The position numbers were made by a program, and so were the translations under genes. A DNA stretch of 64,000 nt, from NCBI GenBank assembly GCA_964019335.1, contig OZ025653.1, positions 496,001-560,000 of the forward strand, in the 5' to 3' direction. How positions within the stretch are numbered: position 1 is the stretch's first letter; each line of letters opens with the position of its first letter. Source of the stretch: Diplonema japonicum. Its lineage: Eukaryota > Protista > Euglenozoa: Diplonemea. A model generated the notes under the pieces. The model did no database searches. It was given only the letters and a program-made list of their open reading frames with translations, and was not told the DNA's origin. Below, one piece after another: positions 1 through 11,230 of this stretch.

Positions 1-678
1 CAGCTGGGCTTTTTCGGCGGCCTTCTTGATGGCAATGGTTTCGTACTCAGAAAGCTTCTTGACAGCTTCGTCAAGGGCAGTCTTGGAGGTGTGGTAGGCG
101 GTGATCTTGTCTTTCGACTGCTGCAACTGGCGGCGTTCCTTGCGAAGCTGCTTGATGACAGAATCGTGGTTTTTCTCCTCAGCGGACTTCAGCTTCTTCT
201 CAAGCGCCTTCATGGAGTGGTCGATGTCCATGTGGGACTTGTGAGTGAGGGCGCTTTGGGTGGCGGTGACCTGTTTCTTGAGAGTTTCGATCTTTTTCCC
301 AGCAGACTCGATCTCACCGAGGAGAGATCTGCATTCCCTTTCCACCGGTTCCAGGTCAAACACAACAAGCTTAATTCTGTCCATGATGAGATTTCTGTTG
401 ATCCTTGACTTTTGGTCGCCGTCTGTGAGGCTCTGCATCTTGCCGTGGAGGACGTCCTTTTCCCTGTGGAGCTGGTCAAGCTTGTCGTCGAAAGCGTTGA
501 GCATACTCTTCTGCTTCGGGTTCTCCTCCTTCATGAGTGTGTCCTTTTCCGTCCTGAGCTTCTTGAGTTCCGTTCGCACCTCAACAAGCTGCTTCGTGAC
601 CTCTTTCTCCTCCAAAAACTTCTGCAACACCGACTCATCCCGCACATGTTCAAAGCTCTGATTCATTTTCAGTGCCAT
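1..678 (-). CDS. Coiled-coil protein of unknown function, running off the window edge
   Basis: Open frame from ATG at 678 (MALKMNQSFEHVRDESVLQKFLEEKEVTKQL...) to the window start with no stop; E/K/L heptad-rich. Not in the ORF track because it has no stop within the window. Confidence 0.75.
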   Translation of the reverse strand, partial: MALKMNQSFEHVRDESVLQKFLEEKEVTKQLVEVRTELKKLRTEKDTLMKEENPKQKSMLNAFDDKLDQLHREKDVLHGKMQSLTDGDQKSRINRNLIMDRIKLVVFDLEPVERECRSLLGEIESAGKKIETLKKQVTATQSALTHKSHMDIDHSMKALEKKLKSAEEKNHDSVIKQLRKERRQLQQSKDKITAYHTSKTALDEAVKKLSEYETIAIKKAAEKAQL

Positions 679-1826
679 CTTTTTATATTTCTTTTTTTTT
701 TTTTTTTTTTTATATTTCTAGGGAATCGTTACTGTTAGCATGGGCGGACAAGAATAACCACACATAGATTGGAAAAGAAAGAAAAATCGAGTGAGGGGGG
801 GGGGGGGGGGTAATAAGAAAAAAAGGAGACGAATGCTTTTTTTTGGGGGGGGAGGGGATAGGGTTTTGCCTTTTGTTCATCTCCTTGTTCAATTTGTGTG
901 AAAAAAAAAGAGGGGGAGGACGGAAGGGGAGAAAAAAAAAGAAGTAAAAATAAAAAAAAGAAGAAAAAAAAACAGGGCATTTTCTTTTTTTTCCCATATA
1001 TTCTTCTGGAAAAGATGGGGAATGGCATCGCATAAAAACAAAGGAATAAAAATTAAAATAAAAAGGAAGGGAGGCGGGCAGGGGGAGAGGGGGGGACGTG
1101 TAGGACCGACGAAGAGCTGAGCGGGACTTGTTTTCCTTATTCTTTTTTTTTCTTACCCCCATCCCCCTATTTTTCCCCCCCCTCTTAGGTTCTTCACTAC
1201 CCTTTTAACACTGTGCCATATTCTTTTTTTTGTATCAGTTAGCACCCACCAAGTCTGGGGAGGGGAGGCAGGGGAAAATAAAAATAAAATAAAAAAGTGG
1301 GGTTTCTTTTTTTTTCTTTTTTTTTTCCTTCCTTTTTTTTCTCGAGGAAGATGACACCTGAGCAGGAACACGCAAGCAAGGTACGTCATTTATTTCTTTT
1401 TAAAAAAAAAATGAAAATTTTATCCCCCCCTCCCCCTCCCCATCCGTTGTCACAACAACGTTGTAATAAAGTTGTGTTACTGTGTCCCCCCCCCCCCCCC
1501 CCCTCGTCTTATTTGTCCTGCTTCATCTCCGTGCAGTTAAGCAGTGCCGAGGGGGGGAGAGATTGTTAAAAGTTCAAAACATGCACAAGATGCGTGAAGA
1601 AGAAAAAAAAAAATAATAGTAAAAAACCAGCAAGGAAACAAAAACAAAAAACAAGATAAAAAGATGCACAGGGGGGGGGGGGGGGGGGGGGGGGGGTGTT
1701 TGGGGGTGAGGGGGGAATGAAAAGTCAATCGAGTCCCGCGCAGCTTGCCCAATTTCTTTTTTTAAAAGTGACATCAGCCCACTAGTATAGCACAAAAAAA
1801 AATTTTCTTTCGTGTTTTTTTGTCAC

Positions 1827-1863
<37 letters not shown>

Positions 1864-2425
1864 CCCCCCCCCCCCCCCCCCCCCCCCAACAACAGGTTTC
1901 TTCGTGAAAAGAAAAAATATCAGACCCAAAGAAAAGAACACACTTCCCATCCCCCCTGATAAAATGACATTGTCCCACCCCACATTCTTTTATTTTTTTT
2001 CTCGTAATATGCCGCCTAAACCTTTTTTTAACTAAAAAAAAGGTTGCAGTTTTTTTTTTTTTTTTTTTTTTTTCTTCTCCTGTCCGGGAATATAGAGCTG
2101 AGGCGGGTCAATGTTCTCTTTCCGATATTTGTTTTCTTTCTTTTCGTACCAAGTGAAAGTTGTACAACTATGGGCATTCTTTTTTCTCCCAAAATAGAGA
2201 ACGGAAGTGGAAGAAGGGGGGTGGGGTGGGGTGGGTGAGCAACAGGAGAGATGTTTATGGTAAGAAAAAAAAGGAGGGGGGGAAAAACCGAAATACAAAT
2301 AAAAGAGGGGAAAAAAAAAAGAGAAAAAAAAAAAGATGGAACACGGCAAGGTAAGCAGCCCTTGGCCCTTTTCTATCTTTTTTCATTTTTTTTTTCTTCT
2401 TTTCCCAAAAAGAATATTTCGCCGC

Positions 2426-2458
<33 letters not shown>

Positions 2459-2584
2459 CCCCTTTCATTTCTTTTTTCCTCCTAAAAAAGTTTTTTTGGT
2501 GTGCATGTGCAAAACCCACATGAGATGTGTGTGTATTTTTTTTTTTTTAAACTCCTTTCCATCGAAAAAAAGGAAGATCCATAC

Positions 2585-2618
<34 letters not shown>

Positions 2619-2711
2619 AGAATAAAGAAGTCATCCCCCATCCCGGTTTATAAGTCAAAGAAGATAGGAGAGGGAAAAGAACACTTTTTTTTTTCTCTTT
2701 TTTTCTTTTTT

Positions 2712-5572
2712 TTACGGTTCGTAAGAATGAAGCACGTAAGTCAGTTTCCTTGAAGCAGAGGCTTGGGTTTCCCGCAAGGATATGTCACTTGGTGAAGCAT
2801 TGTTGGCAGTGACCTTCTCGTGTTCCTGCGCGAATACGTGGGTCAAGGCAATGACATATGAGCGGATGCTGACGTCCTTGACCTGCCCAGCAGTGAGACG
2901 CTTCTTGGCAGCCACAGCCTCAACGATAGCAGCAGCGTTGCTGTCACTAGACAGCTGGCCACAGCTATACCCGAAGGGGTCTACCTCAGGGAACTGGTTC
3001 AACTGAGTGTACTGTGCCACAGCATTGTACATGACACCCTTGACGTCAGCCACCCCCATCTTCAGGTCGAGCAGCTGAGGGAAGGATTCCACAATATTGT
3101 ACACGCTAAGCAGTCTCGGCCACACTTGCTCGTTCTGCGGTGTGAGGGTCGTCCACCACTCCTCCCCGTGAACAGGCTCCACTTTTTTTTTTTTTATTTT
3201 TACTACACACAAAAAAAAAAAAAATAAGAATACTTTGTTTCGGGAACAGTGTTTCCAGCTGTATCTTCATGACTTGCAGCTCCAAGGCTGAGGTCTGCGG
3301 GAACCTGTTTTGCCTCCGCTGCGGCTGTGCGGGGTTTGTGCCAGGAGGGGGGAAGGTTTGCGACAATGGCAGTGCAGACAGGGTTGCGGCAAGATTGTGA
3401 ATACTTGTCGTAGTGTCGGTGTTCCATGCCTTGGTGTCCAGTCCGCCCAACCCCACTGTCCATGCCGCCGCGTTGAGCGAGTGCTGCTCTGGGAACGGAT
3501 CAGGAGGGAGCGTGATGTTGCACGGCTGCTGGTGCTGCGTTGGCGGAGGCACCAAAGCACCGCCAGCAGGGCTGTCCGTCAGATCTAAAATCTCTGCAAG
3601 AATCGCGTCCACATCAGCCTCCGCTGCAGGCACCGCAGGCCTCCTCGTCGAGCTGTTCCTCCTCGGCATCTTCGACGCGCATACCAGCAACGGGCACAGG
3701 CCCGCCGCCACAGCTGCAACAGATGCCTGTTTTTTTTTTTTTTTCTTCTTCTTCTTTTTTTTTGTCTACCCCGCATCCATACCGGTTTGACTTCCCTCAC
3801 TTCTCCGTGCTCCTCTGTCCTCGCCGTTTCGTTCCAGTTCGACAGCTGTTTTTTTTTTTTCCTTTACATTTTAAATTCCATACCAAGGTGCCTGTAGTCG
3901 GCCACTCAGGGGTGCTGTCCGAGTTGATTGTGGCGGAAAGCCTAGCCTTGTCCACAGAGGCGTCGAGAGACTGGTGTGAGGTTAAAGAGGGAGACAAGGG
4001 TATACCTGTATGCTCTGAGACAGGCCGCCGTCCTCTCTTTCATTCTTCGCAGCCTCCGAGAGCTGCTCCTGTACTGCGTTCATGTCCACATTCTGTGGAT
4101 CGCCCAACAGTCGCAACGACACTGCCCGAGGAGGGTGTGTTTGGGACAGTCTGAAGTCCACTTTGCACCCCACCTGGAGCTTATGGGAGTGCTCCTTCTT
4201 CACACTCTTATAGTTAAACGAAAAGGCACCCACGCTCGGGAGGGCTACCAAGGGGTCATTACCTAATCTTATGATTAATCCCTGCGCGTTTAGTGTTTCG
4301 TTCAGTTTATTTTCTTTTGCCTTCACTACCTTAGTCCTCCTCTGACTCAATACTAGATGCAGTAAGTCCGGGTTAGTAGAAAGGGGGTTTTCCGATTTGG
4401 CACTATCTTGGGTAGTGTTTAGCCCGGTAGAGTTCGCCAACGGCATTATACTAAGTGTATTTGCGAGGCCGACACCTCCCATTGTGGAGGCCTTTACAGA
4501 GTGCTCGAGGGGGAGGCCCACATAGCTGTGGTGGTGTGTGGTGGGGAGGGGAGGGGGAGGGGTGATGTATACCTAGTAACTAGGGGCTTTTCAGCAGGAC
4601 TTCCGTTGCTCCATTTCCCAATCGAGTCATTCAAGGAAGGCTGTTGCGGTGCGGGGGTCTGAATGGTGGTCTGAGGTGGGACTGCTTGTGACGCAGAAGG
4701 GATGGCAGCAGGCTGGGGTTGCAAAGGTGTCCCCTGCTGCATGATGTTTCTTGGGAGATGCTGTTGCTGCTGCTGTGGCTGCGCTGGCTGTTGCTGCTGC
4801 GGCTGCTGCAGGGGTTGCGCTGCGCCCTGCGGCTGCGCCGCACCCGGCGTCGGTGAAACCTGCACGTGCTGAAGCTGCTGCTGCTGTTGAACAAGCTTCT
4901 GCTGCTGCATGTTGTGCTGTTGTTGAAGCTGTTGGAGCTGCTGCTGTTGCTGCTGAATCTTCTGCTGTTGTTGCTGCAACTGCTGTTGCTGTAACTGTTT
5001 TTAGTGTACTTGTATACAATATTATTCGCACACCTGAATAGCAGCATTCCACTGCTGCATGTTGACGTTCATGCCACTAGGCATGCTAGGCTGCATGCCA
5101 AGGTGGGGGACGAGGGTGCTCATCGGCAGCACCTGCGCACCGGCAGCATCCTTCTGCCCCCATTGCATGTTGTTTGTAGCTTCGAACTGAGGTTGCTGCT
5201 GCAGCTGCTGAGCAACATGGAACTGCTTGAGGAAAGCAGCGTCGGGTTCAGGAGGCTGTGCGGGTGGTGAAAAATTTGTGGAGAACATACATCAAGGAGG
5301 GACGGCTGTCGACTTGACGGCGTGCTCCCGAGGCCGGCAGCCGCAGCAGCAGCAGCAGCCTGTGACAGCTCGTCTTCCCCGTGAGCAAACCCACACTGGT
5401 CACCGTACTTACAGTGTCCCCGGTCCCAGTGCCTGCACAGTGATGTTTTCAACATCGTTGTCTTCAGCCCGATCAACGGGCTAGCTGTGGTCTCGCCTTT
5501 CCTCTTCGCTCTCTTCTTCCCCGCAGCAGACAGCAACGGCCCCATCGTCATGTCGTCCATTTCCATTGCCAT
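2712..5572 (-). CDS. CCCH zinc-finger RNA-binding protein with poly-Q region and a cold-shock/OB-like segment (about 8 exons)
   Basis: KTSLCRHWDRGHCKYGDQCGFAHG (C-x8-C-x5-C-x3-H). ORFs 5120-5572, 5022-5288, 4494-4979, 3982-4521, 3797-3997, 3585-3800, 3106-3711 and 2712-3212 join in frame through short GT-AG introns (e.g. 3182-3233). Confidence 0.75.
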
Positions 5573-5790
5573 GCCGCAAACACCAGGGCGGGTACTGTCT
5601 TGCTTAAACCCCCCTATCTACCGATACTTGTAATGAAGAGTAAAAAAAAAAGGGGGGGGATAATACAAATCAAACAAGGAGAAAAAAGAAGAGAAAAAAT
5701 AAAAAACAGAACCTGATCGAAGTGTGGGGTCGCAGGAAAAACTTAAAAATCGGGGGGAGGAGCCTCCTGCCCCCGTTTTTCTTTTATTTG

Positions 5791-8572
5791 TTACATCGTA
5801 AAGGTGCAGCTGCAAGGGCAACCAAGCGGGCAGCTCGTTTCGATTGCGAACCACTCACGCTGGCACTTAATGTGGGAAACATGTCCACATTTCATGCACG
5901 CCACGGCAAGCCCACGCATGATGCCCTTGCATATCGAGCACCCGAGGGTAATGTCGGGGTCGGGGCGATGTGGGTTGGCTGTGCAAATAGGCAAAGAGAG
6001 ATTGTTTGGGACATTGAGGCAAAGGCGTTTCTGGAGAAGCCAGAGGCCTGACGCAGCCTCGTTTTCCTGAGTAGTGTCACCCTTTGCGGCCGCGGTGTTC
6101 ATGAGGATGGTAATAGCTGAATAGGCAGCTGCACGAAGGTCGTAGGGCACTGCACATGTGTCCTGATTGTATTTTTTTTTTCTTTTAAATAAAAGAGACG
6201 TAGAGCTTTTCTACATACCAGCTCCCTGTCGGTCTGTGTTGGTGTCTGACTCAGAGGCACCGAGAGCACTGGCGACGAAGCGGATTTAACAGCAGGATAG
6301 AAATAATTCGCAGATTCGATGAATTGAGATTTCTGTTTTTATTTTTTATTTTTTGAGAAGGAGAAAACAGAAGATAAAAGAAAATACCTTTACAGGATGG
6401 AAGATTGCGGGCGCAGCAGCCGAGGGGTCCTCGCCCCTGCAGTGCGCCATGCACACTACGGCCACAGCGCCAAATAAATGGCACCTCTTAGCCTTCATCA
6501 GAGAGTGTAAAATGCTTTCAACTATTTTTACCAGGGGCAGAGATTTGTTCGGCGGCATGCTGACTATGGCACGCAACGTCAGCCATATTGCCTTTTCTTT
6601 CTCGCAGGTTGAGATCGAGGCGTTGTGTGCGCAGTCGATGGGGTTAGCTGTGAGCCTCCATGGCTGGTGGCATTCCTCCGTCCCCACACCATGCAGCACA
6701 CGTACCTTTGGGTAGATGTCACGATCGTAGCCATAACAGACGAGGCTCCCATCGGGTGAAAATACAGCCGCACAATACCTGGGCTGCACGACATAAGCTC
6801 GCTTGTAACATATTTGTGGGGAAGACTGTACAGGGAGGAAAGGGCAGTCTCCCAAAGACGAAGGCGGAGTTGCGTGTGTGGCCCTTCCCATGTCCGTGTC
6901 AATGGAGCTCACCGATCTATGGCTTCCTTTGTGCACGGGAGTCCCATCGTACGATGTCCTAGCAATCTGCCTGGGAAAGGTCTGCGCGCGAAGCCCTTGC
7001 GGCGACGGCATTTTCTTCAATTGCGAGGGTTGGAAGGCACCCATCCCTGTCAGCTGCTCGTTGCACGCGTCCACCATTGACGGCAGCCACGGCGTGTTGC
7101 GCCGCACAGCACCTAAAATCGCCTCCCTCATCGGCAGTGCAATGGCGTCCAACAGCCCGTCCTCCAACGACAGCTCATGCTCATTCCGGATGCAGTTGTT
7201 GCTTACTGTCACCTCGGGCATCTGGTCCCCTTGTTTCACAGTCACCTCAAAAAACACCACAGCAGGGTTCTTTGAGTTGTGGTGCGTCTGCTCCAGGAAC
7301 GGCACCTGGTGTGCAGGCACCTTCACGCGCAGTTTTATACTCTCCAAAACTGAGCCTGCTGACTGTATCCTGAATGGTGTGTTGCGGGGTTTTCTTTTTT
7401 CATACTTCACAACCTCCACGTCCCTGCGCTCTTGGAGCAGTCGTATCTGCTTGTCTAGCAAGATATCGATGGGCTTGGTTTCAAAAGCACGCGCGACGAG
7501 CAGTCCAGAGGAGTACAGGATGATAAGATGCAGAGCACGTTCCTTTTCTCCATCAACCCTGTAATGATGTGGTGCCTTGAGACGAAGCATACCGTCGCAC
7601 CCCCACAGCACGGATACCTTGGGATGGGGAAAAGGGCGTCTGCGCTACGTATTCTGGCGGCACGCCTTCAGCAGTTTCTTTTCGTAGGAAAGTGTCCTCA
7701 CATCTGTTGGACGAATACGCCACCAGCAGGAGCTTGGGGGCGAAGGGGATGGGGAGTGTGTTGAGCTTCACGGTAGCAATGCCTGCTAAGGGATGGGGCT
7801 TGTGAGTATAAGCAGGCTCCTCCATGTAGGAGTCGTTATGCATGTCCAGCTCAGCGAGGACAGGTGCGTTGACACGCCGCTCGCCATCCCTGTGGTAGAG
7901 GACGAGGAGGTGAGACTGCTTGGTGACAGACCAGGCGACAGACCGGATAGGTGTCAGGAAGTCACGTTCAAGGATCTTCTCAAGCGTCTTAACACACCAA
8001 ACCTGCACGACGGACTTGTCGTGGATGGCGAGGAAGGACTTTGTGGGATGGAGCACAATGCACTGTGGAGGGCTTTTTAGGCACACGGAGTCCAATAATG
8101 GGCTCGCCGCACCCGAGGCAGCCACTTTCCAGAGGCGGAGAGAACCCCGATGGATGTCATCGCTACCTGCAGTGACAAGGGAGCAAGGGATGCCACCCCA
8201 CTCAATTGTAGGGGGCGTGTGGAGGGAACGGCCGTGCGGGGTCGGGATCTGGGATACTAACTTCTGTGTTTTTGTGTTAAAAATCAACACATCCGTGCCG
8301 AGGACCGCCGCAAGGAGCTCAGGAGTATCATCACTTTTGCACCACGCCAGCTGTGTAAATGTCCTTGCTGCTGGGTGCAAACTCTTCCCGACCTGCAGCT
8401 GCACCTTGCCACGAACAGGATCATCAAGATCCACCACGTACACTATCCTCAAGTTGAAGGTCGCAAGATGCCGTTGCGTTCTGTCGAACACCACCATACT
8501 GAAGTCCGGCCGCACGGCTTTGCACAGACTTGCGTGCCATAGTAGCTTCCCAGGTCCGTTGTACTCCGGCAT
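5791..8572 (-). CDS. WDR59: WDR59/Sea3-like GATOR2 (SEACAT) subunit: N-terminal WD40, central RWD-like region, C-terminal RING-like zinc finger
   Basis: WD40-like repeats in ORF 7553-8683. The C-terminus CSICKGIMRGLAVACMKCGHVSHIKCQREWF...CPLGCPCSC matches the WDR59/WDR24/Mios zinc finger. Three GT-AG introns join the ORFs (e.g. 6333-6387). Confidence 0.7.
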
Positions 8573-8714
8573 GCCTGAAGGTGCTTTGCTTTGTTTGGTA
8601 ATAGTGAGCAACAAGGTTGACTGGTGGGGGTGGGGAGGGGGAGACTTATTCTTTTTTTTTTTCTCCTTTCTCTTTATTTTCACATCTTTTTATGCAATTC
8701 AATACAAATAGCTT

Positions 8715-9092
8715 CTACGAAGCAAATTTCCTCTCTGTCACAGCGTGGATCTCCAGGTCCAGCAGGAGGTCTGAATGAGGTGGGATGCCTTCGCAGTCCT
8801 CCTTCCCGTAACCCAAGTGTGTGGGGACAACCACATTAGCACGCTGTCCCACTTTCAACTGCTCCGCTGCCAGCTCCAAACCGGCAATGACATTGTTCTT
8901 CCCATGATCGTAGATAAACGGCCCTCGTTCTCGTACCACCTCCCCGTTGCTCTTCAGCTTTATTCCCAACACGCACCGCACGATGCATCCGTCTCTGGGT
9001 TTGACTGTGGTATCAACTACTGCGTTCGTCAGCAACGACACCTCTAAAGCCCCTGTGGACACCCACCTCCGTGCCACACATGCCCGCAACAT
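8715..9092 (-). CDS. FKBP-type PPIase-like protein, probably mitochondrial
   Basis: GKNNVIAGLELAAEQLKVGQRANVVVPTHLGYG...IPPHSDLLLDLEI FKBP signature; N-terminus MLRACVARRW resembles a transit peptide. Confidence 0.85.
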   Translation of the reverse strand: MLRACVARRWVSTGALEVSLLTNAVVDTTVKPRDGCIVRCVLGIKLKSNGEVVRERGPFIYDHGKNNVIAGLELAAEQLKVGQRANVVVPTHLGYGKEDCEGIPPHSDLLLDLEIHAVTERKFAS

Positions 9093-9201
9093 GTCCCTTG
9101 GCTGAGGTGAAGTTTGAAGAGAAGCAGGATAAAAAAAAAAGGGGAAGAACCATATCAATATCAACACGAATCTATACAGATAAAAAAAAAAAAGAAAAGA
9201 A

Positions 9202-10574
9202 CTACTTAACCTTGGTCCTCACAACGAAGCCACCGTAGGTACCAACGGCGGTTTGTGAAAGTTCGTGGCCTGTGGGGGCTGCGACTAGGGGGGGGGCGGG
9301 GGGGTACGTTACGTTGGCGATTGCGGCAGGGCGGACTACGGGATCGGGGTTGGACCATGTGTGTGGAGGCCACAGCTTGTAGTTGGCAGGGAGTGACTCA
9401 ACAGACACGTCGGAGTGCGGGCGGATGTTGGCGCTGAATGTTTGCATGTTGTCATCGATGCCCTCGCTGGTGATCATCCGCGACAGGGTGGCTCTGCACC
9501 GCCCGCACAGTACGTGCCGTGCAGGTGTGTTGATAATCGCATGAAAGTGCACTGCCACCTTCGCCCGCTCCTCAGGCGTCATAGGGGCCGTGGGCATTGC
9601 CTCCTCGTTAGCCGCATTCGCCCGAGCAAGGAAGTGGTCCTCTTCCTTTATTTTGTGCAACAACGACGTCAGCTCCGCCACCTGTGCACTGAGAAACTTG
9701 TTCTGCTCCTTTATATGCTCGCTCACAAAATCCCCAGCACGGGCTGCAAGGTCATCCTTCTCTTGCAGCTTCAGTTTTGCCTCCAAACCCTCGCTTGCCT
9801 GCGTGTAAGCCTCGCCCAGCTGTATTTCCAGCTTCGCCTTGTGCTCAGTCAGGTCTTCAACCGCCTGTTGTTATGAATGCTACTGACCTGCGTCATACCT
9901 TCGTGAGCCTCAGCACCTCATGGCCCCGTACCTCTAAGTCGGCGTGCAAGGCGTTGTTTTGCCGTAACTGTGAAGGCTACTCCACCCTTCTAGTGTCATA
10001 CCAAGGCATCATATTTGAGTTGCAAATCTGACGGAACGATGAGCCCTGCAGCAGGGGCACCTGCGATGCCGTTGCCGAGAAGGAGGCGCTTGTTCTCGTC
10101 AAGAAGGACTTTGTATTTGGCTTCCCAGAGACGGATTTGGTTCTTGAGCTCCTTTTTATTATTATTTTTTTTTTATTTGTCTCGAATTTCTTTTAATACC
10201 TGTGCATCAGACATGGTTTCGATATCCGTTCCTAAGACACCCATATTCGCAATGAGCGCAGCATCAGGCCCTGCAGGGTTCGTGCTATCAGCAGGCGGGT
10301 TGCTAAGTGCGGTGGTGGGAGGTGCTGCTGGGTCACTAGCAGGTGCGGGTGTGGGTGGTGTTGCTGTTGCAGCCACAGCCGCCGCCTTCTCGCCCTCCTG
10401 CTTCAGCAAGAAGGCACCGAATTCCTTCTTGTTTTTTATCTTTACTTTTTTATCCCTTTTCAGCCAGTACCAAATTTTGATGCCCCCGTCGCTCGACTTG
10501 CTCCTCTCCTCTTTCCACTCTCCAGAAGAGAGTGCAGCTTGCACTAGCGCATCCACCTTTGCCGCATCTGCCAT
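9202..10574 (-). CDS. Hypothetical coiled-coil protein (4 exons)
   Basis: ORFs 10173-10574 and 9202-9786 are linked in frame by three GT-AG introns (10152-10199 and two 34-nt GTATGA...ACAG introns). Confidence 0.65.
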
Positions 10575-11189
10575 AAGCCCCTCCCCTGTGGATAGTATTT
10601 TACAAAAAAAAGGGGGGGGGGGAAACAGAATGTTTCAGCAAGATTCTTAAATAATAAAAGATGAAGTGTTTGTTTTTTCTTTTTGTTTTTTTTTGTTTTT
10701 TTTTTGTTTTGGAGAGATACCATAGGAAAAGAACGAATATAATCAAAAAAAAAAAATAACACAAAATATAAAAAAAAAAAAAATATAAAAAATAGCGCAG
10801 GAGAGAGAGGAGAGAGAGAGGGTAAAAAATAAAATAAAAAAAAAGAAAGAAATAAACAGCTTTTCGTGTACTCGCTGGCTGCGGTTGGTGTGCCCTAAGC
10901 CTGTATAAAACCGCTCCTGCGCTGCCCACCTGTTCCCCCAAGGGTTCTTGCATACAAGGGGGAAGACAATAAGAGGGGAAAGTGTTAATCCCACTTGTTT
11001 TTCATAAATTCTTTATTACTTACACCCCTCTTTTCTGCGTTCTTTTTGTGTTCTTTTTTTTTCTTTTTTTTTTTACTTCCCTCCCCCACCCAGCGCGCAT
11101 CAGAAAATAATAGGAAAGCCCTGCTTTTAACCCCTTTAATTATCTTTTTTTTTGAAATCGGTTTGAATAGAGCACCCCCCCAAAAAAAA

Positions 11190-11230
11190 TTCACTATGAT
11201 AGGAAACGAAGTGGTTAGCAACGGCCCATC
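11190..11230 (-). other. Conserved intergenic ~40-nt motif, copy A
   Basis: TTCACTATGATAGGAAACGAAGTGGTTAGCAACGGCCCA; near-identical to 45213-45250. Confidence 0.6.

Noticed and set aside
710-2753. Many short ORFs rich in F, K, P and G in intergenic regions
   Set aside because: Translations of homopolymer runs.
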